From the NCBI GenBank assembly GCA_964463155.1, contig CAYXAY010000028.1:1-9480 (forward strand): a stretch of 9,480 nucleotides of DNA, in the 5' to 3' direction. Below are positions 6,368 to 9,480 of this stretch, piece by piece (position 1 is the first letter of the stretch; each line of letters starts with the position of its first letter). The notes below the pieces were generated by a model. The model did not search any database and had not been told where the DNA came from. It was given only the letters and a program-made list of their open reading frames with translations. This DNA is from an uncultured archaeon (lineage in GTDB: Archaea > Iainarchaeota > Iainarchaeia > Iainarchaeales > CSSED10-239). Position numbers and translations under genes: made by a program.

Positions 6368-7171
6368 ATGTTACAAATAAAAACAAGAAAAGGACAAGCA
6401 GCAATAACAGACGCCTTATTCTTCTTATTGGTAATTGTGACCCTTTCTGTTCTTATGTTTAGATATTCTTCAACATATGGTTCAAGAATAGACCAAGCAA
6501 CATCAGACCTTTACTACAAAGAATACACAAACTCTGTTCTAAAAACAATATTTTATGTTTCTGCGCCATTAGATTACAATCTAAATCTTGAAGAAAGCAA
6601 GGAAAACGATTATCTTATGGCAATGGTAAAACAAGACTTTTATGCTCATGGAAAAATTGGGTTTTCTGATGTTAACAAGTTGTCCACTTCTAACTCGTCT
6701 AATGTAATCGACTACAGAGACCTTGCAAAATACCATCTTTATCACACAGTAAAAGCTACAATGGCCCCTTTAACCGCTCACGATTATTTGTTTTATCTTT
6801 ATAATACAGATAACGATTCATTTGCATATTTCATGATAAAAAACACGGATTTTAATCTTGAACAAATACCTTCCCTACCAAGAAATGCAAGTGCAAGAGG
6901 CATTGTTGTTTATGGTATAGCTGGCGAAATCAACTACTTATGTAATCCAAACAGCTATTCAGATGTCAGAGCAGTTGTCTCAAAATCTCCAAAGATATTC
7001 TCTTCATCAATACCTTTGTCTTTTGTGCATAATGAAACAGGAAGCGAGGACCAGACAGTAAAATTAACAGACCACACGATTGTTGCGACCTTTGCTCTTT
7101 GGCCAGCAACAGTTGATATTAACTCTAGTGTTTTAGAAAATCTTTCTTGTGAAATAGTAAATTTAAGTTAA
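6368..7171 (+). CDS. Prepilin-like protein with class III signal peptide (268 aa), largest of the set
   Basis: The track ORF begins at a TTG (6332) that overlaps the upstream gene by 28 nt. ATG 6368 lies 8 nt after the upstream stop and gives MLQIKTRKG|QAAITDALFFLLVIVTLSVLMF, the same leader type as 3805. It has 2 Cys and many N-x-S/T sequons (NSS, NDS, NAS, NET, NSS, NLS). Confidence 0.75.
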   Translation: MLQIKTRKGQAAITDALFFLLVIVTLSVLMFRYSSTYGSRIDQATSDLYYKEYTNSVLKTIFYVSAPLDYNLNLEESKENDYLMAMVKQDFYAHGKIGFSDVNKLSTSNSSNVIDYRDLAKYHLYHTVKATMAPLTAHDYLFYLYNTDNDSFAYFMIKNTDFNLEQIPSLPRNASARGIVVYGIAGEINYLCNPNSYSDVRAVVSKSPKIFSSSIPLSFVHNETGSEDQTVKLTDHTIVATFALWPATVDINSSVLENLSCEIVNLS

Positions 7172-7863
7172 AACTTTAATCCAAGTTCATCTGTTTCTTC
7201 ATTTTCTTCAGTAACTTCTTCTTCATCACCAAAGTTAAGCTTTAACTCTTCTTTTTCTTTCTTTTCTTTTTTTTTCTCTGCAGGCTTTTCTTTTGGTTTC
7301 TCTTCGTGTTTTTTACTTTTTGGTTTTTCTTCAGTCATTGCCTTTTGAAGATTTTCTTTTTCATCTTTAGTTCTTATGTCTTCTTTTTTATTTTCTTCAA
7401 CAACATCATCAATTACAAGTTCTAATTCTTTTCTATCCATTAAAAAATCAAAGTTTTCGCCTGTTCTAGATGCGACATCTGTTGTGTTTTCTGTACTTGT
7501 ATTTCTTCTTGAAGACCGGTAATGCGCATTATTCTTAACAGCTTGCTTAACGCTCTCTAGAGTTATATTTACATCTGTGTTTGATTTTGACAATTGTGAA
7601 TAAATCACATCAGTTATCTCATCAATATCAGGATTAATTGTGTTTTTCATATCTTTTAGAATTTTGTCAATGATTATTTTCTTTTCATCACTAGTTATTT
7701 CTTTTGATGGCTTTGAGGCAGAGAGGATTTCTGTTTTTTCTATCCTGTTTTCTTTTATAACTGATGTTTCTTTCTGTTTCTGACCAGCATTATACTCTAT
7801 CTCCCCATCCTTTTCTGTCCTGTAAAATCTTCTTTCTCTTCTCTTGATTTTAGTAATGTCCAT
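7168..7863 (-). CDS. Hypothetical highly charged K/E-rich protein (231 aa) with acidic C-terminal tail
   Basis: ATG (complement of 7861-7863) is preceded on the minus strand by AGGA about 9 nt upstream. The C-terminal third is low complexity (EEKPKSKKHEEKPKEKPAEKKKEKKEKEE) and ends in GDEEEVTEENEETDELGLKF. It has no TM segment or signal peptide. It converges on the pilin block with a shared TTAA (7168-7171) holding both stops. Confidence 0.7.
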   Translation of the reverse strand: MDITKIKRRERRFYRTEKDGEIEYNAGQKQKETSVIKENRIEKTEILSASKPSKEITSDEKKIIIDKILKDMKNTINPDIDEITDVIYSQLSKSNTDVNITLESVKQAVKNNAHYRSSRRNTSTENTTDVASRTGENFDFLMDRKELELVIDDVVEENKKEDIRTKDEKENLQKAMTEEKPKSKKHEEKPKEKPAEKKKEKKEKEELKLNFGDEEEVTEENEETDELGLKF

Positions 7864-7963
7864 AATTTTATTCCTGTTATTAACATTAACATATAAGTAT
7901 ATAATATTTATAAACTATTATGCTAATATATATTTAACTATAAAATTGTAAAAAGAGACATTT
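7864..7963. promoter_or_regulatory. Divergent A/T-rich promoter region
   Basis: 100-bp spacer between divergent ATGs. It carries TATA-like blocks TATATAATATTTATAAA (~7899-7915) and ATATATATTTAACTATAAAA (~7926-7945). ATG 7964 has no clear SD, so a leaderless mRNA is possible. Confidence 0.35.
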
Positions 7964-8488
7964 ATGAACCAAATAATATCTACAATACTAAATTATGTAT
8001 GGGTTTTTATAAAAATACTGCTATTTAGTGCAGCAATGTCCTTACCATTTATTGGCGTAACATATTTTTTACAAAAACCATTTGATTGGCTTAGAACAAA
8101 GAAAAAACTAAGTTTTTCCTTGTCTTTGTTTATTACAATCTTTTGTTCATCATTCATTATTCTTATATTTGTTTATTTCTTGCCAATACTTGACAAATTT
8201 GCAAGATTTACTTTCCTAGAAGGAATTGCTTTTTTCTTTTTACAGATTGCAAGATTATTGCTTGTAAACCTATTATTCTCAGGAATGATTTTTATAATTG
8301 CAATGTTTATTGTATTATTGTATGATTCTTTTAAAGAAAAGAAAAAGACAAAAACAAAAGCCAAGCAGAAATCGTCTTTCTTAAAACTCTGGAAGGCATT
8401 TACTATGGTTTTCTTTGTTGTCTTTTTGTTTGTGTTCATTATTTTTCCAAAAATATTTGCAATAATTTTATATTTGATATTTATGTAA
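7964..8488 (+). CDS. Hypothetical polytopic membrane protein (174 aa, ~5-6 TM) with Lys-rich loop
   Basis: The sequence is hydrophobic throughout (VWVFIKILLFSAAMSLPFIGV, LSLFITIFCSSFIILIFVYFLPIL, IAFFFLQIARLLLVNLLFSGMIFIIAMFIVLLY, AFTMVFFVVFLFVFIIFPKIFAIILYLIF). It has a basic loop KEKKKTKTKAKQK. The stop lies 12 nt before the next ATG. Confidence 0.7.
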   Translation: MNQIISTILNYVWVFIKILLFSAAMSLPFIGVTYFLQKPFDWLRTKKKLSFSLSLFITIFCSSFIILIFVYFLPILDKFARFTFLEGIAFFFLQIARLLLVNLLFSGMIFIIAMFIVLLYDSFKEKKKTKTKAKQKSSFLKLWKAFTMVFFVVFLFVFIIFPKIFAIILYLIFM

Positions 8489-8500
8489 GGTGTTTTTCAA

Positions 8501-9480
8501 ATGAACGAGTCAATAAAAAAATTATGGGTTTTTTTCTTTCTAATAATTATCTGTAATAGTGTGTTTGCATATGGCATAGACCCTGACAGACTTTATTTTG
8601 CAGAAAGCACAAAGTCTTCAGATGGAGTTGTCTTTGATCGTGGAAACGGCTGTATGACTAAAAAGCTTTCTGAAAAGGAAGTTAACGCTTTATGGAGTAA
8701 GATATTGGTTAAAGGCTTTTCAGCAGACATTTTTGACTCTGACCAGCCAGCAAACCCAAAAAGAGAAACACTTAACAAAAATGAAGTAATACTTGCAGGA
8801 GCAGACGCAAAAGCAGGGGATTTGGCTTTAAAAAGAGAGATTCCTTCAAAGTTAATGAATCCAGCAGACACTCCAATGCTTATTGGTAAAACCTGTGAAG
8901 GGCCTTATGGTTACGGACTTAATCTTAAAGACACATTTAGAGTAGGAAGATGTACAGATCCTAATGGAGCATGTTATCTTGACGAACCAGGAATGTATAG
9001 ACAAAATGGATTAACTGGCTTTTGGAAAGAAACAAAATCAGTTACAAAAGATCTCTTTGTTGGAGTAAAAGATATGTTTAAAGCAGATACTAATACTGAA
9101 GCCAACAACACAATAAAGGAAAATCTTGATGTTTTTTCTGACATGTCAACCTACGAGATTCAAAAGATTCAGGAATCAATGCAATCAAACAATGTTAATG
9201 CTTTAGAACTTGAAACCTGGTCAGCAATAAGCGACAAGGTTATTCAAAATTCTTCAAAGACTACAAACTTCTTAGTAACAATGCAAACAACCTGTAGTGG
9301 AGAAAACTGTTACATCAACACATATTCTTTATTTGACAAAATGTTTAATCAATATTTTTCTATAGATATGGTTTACAGTTCAGCAACTCCTTTCTTGTTT
9401 AATGGCGCAGCAAGAATATTTACTGTTCCTGGTGTAAAGAATGCGGTTATGAAACCAACAAAATGGATGAAAGATAAAGG
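8501..9480 (+). CDS. Secreted protein with Sec-type signal peptide, N-terminal 326 codons; continues beyond the window
   Basis: Hand translation from ATG 8501 (GGTG at 8489-8492, 8-nt spacer) gives MNESIKKLWVFFFLIIICNSVFA|YGIDPDRLYFAESTKSSDGVVFDRGNGCMTKK...GKTCEGPYGYGLNLKDTFRVGRCTDPNGACYLDEPGMYRQNG...TTCSGENCYINTYSLFDKMFNQYF...KPTKWMKDK. There is no stop through base 9480. The n-h-c signal has V-F-A at -3..-1. The mature part seen so far has 6 Cys, including C-x6-C and C-x4-C pairs. It is missing from the ORF track because there is no stop in the window. The - strand ORF 8593..8871 is its shadow. Confidence 0.8.
   Translation, partial: MNESIKKLWVFFFLIIICNSVFAYGIDPDRLYFAESTKSSDGVVFDRGNGCMTKKLSEKEVNALWSKILVKGFSADIFDSDQPANPKRETLNKNEVILAGADAKAGDLALKREIPSKLMNPADTPMLIGKTCEGPYGYGLNLKDTFRVGRCTDPNGACYLDEPGMYRQNGLTGFWKETKSVTKDLFVGVKDMFKADTNTEANNTIKENLDVFSDMSTYEIQKIQESMQSNNVNALELETWSAISDKVIQNSSKTTNFLVTMQTTCSGENCYINTYSLFDKMFNQYFSIDMVYSSATPFLFNGAARIFTVPGVKNAVMKPTKWMKDK

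Noticed and set aside
289-7171. Idea that this is an archaellum (fla/arl) operon
   Set aside because: There is no archaellin-like conserved N-terminal domain and no FlaC-H or FlaI genes. The gene order differs: archaellum operons place archaellins first and FlaJ last. The subunits here are heterogeneous pilin-like proteins.
7168-7863. Idea that the K/E-rich protein is a true ribosomal stalk P1 homologue
   Set aside because: It is far too long and the N-terminal region does not resemble the P1 dimerisation domain. Only the hinge-plus-acidic-tail layout is similar, so it is kept as a motif-level observation only.
8173-8871. Minus-strand ORFs 8173..8439 and 8593..8871
   Set aside because: They are antisense to the membrane protein gene and to the long open secreted-protein frame (8501..9480) respectively.
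1-9480. Scan for CRISPR arrays, tRNA/rRNA genes, IS elements, integrases or long terminal/inverted repeats
   Set aside because: I found no regularly spaced repeats, no cloverleaf-compatible G/C-rich segments in the short intergenic regions, and no transposase- or integrase-like ORFs. Low-complexity T/C runs at 7200-7330 are explained by Lys/Glu codons on the opposite strand.

Overview
Strongly AT-rich, densely coding window whose signals look archaeal. TATA-like boxes lie about 25-35 nt upstream of ATGs that lack a Shine-Dalgarno (SD) motif. Other genes have GGTG/GAGG SD motifs. There are ATGA start/stop overlaps, and the class III signal peptides are of the [KR]-[GA]|Q type rather than bacterial G|FTLIE.

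Contents:
(i) The 5' part of a small monocluster ferredoxin on the minus strand (1-184). It is absent from the ORF track because it runs off the window.
(ii) Divergent from it, a 741-aa, ~9-TM protein with two T2SS-F/FlaJ/TadC-like cytoplasmic repeats, i.e. a type IV filament platform protein.
(iii) Seven downstream same-strand genes whose products begin with a short basic leader plus a hydrophobic helix (prepilin-like), interrupted by one small polytopic membrane protein. They are organised as a platform+pilin pair (ATGA-coupled), a separately promoted candidate major-subunit pair (176 aa and 63-74 aa), and a tightly coupled four-gene block that looks like minor pilins.
(iv) A convergent K/E-rich low-complexity protein.
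(v) A polytopic membrane protein followed by the first 326 codons of a Sec-signal, Cys-paired secreted protein (8501-9480). This one is also missing from the ORF track because it has no stop in the window.

I see no assembly ATPase, prepilin peptidase, RNA gene, CRISPR array or obvious mobile element.

The most interesting signal is the filament locus itself. It has an oversized platform gene with no adjacent ATPase, a split into one major pair and four coupled minor subunits, and an even cysteine count in every exported domain. I cannot assign any pilin-like protein to a named family by eye. The lineage guess (DPANN-type or another AT-rich archaeon) is inference only.
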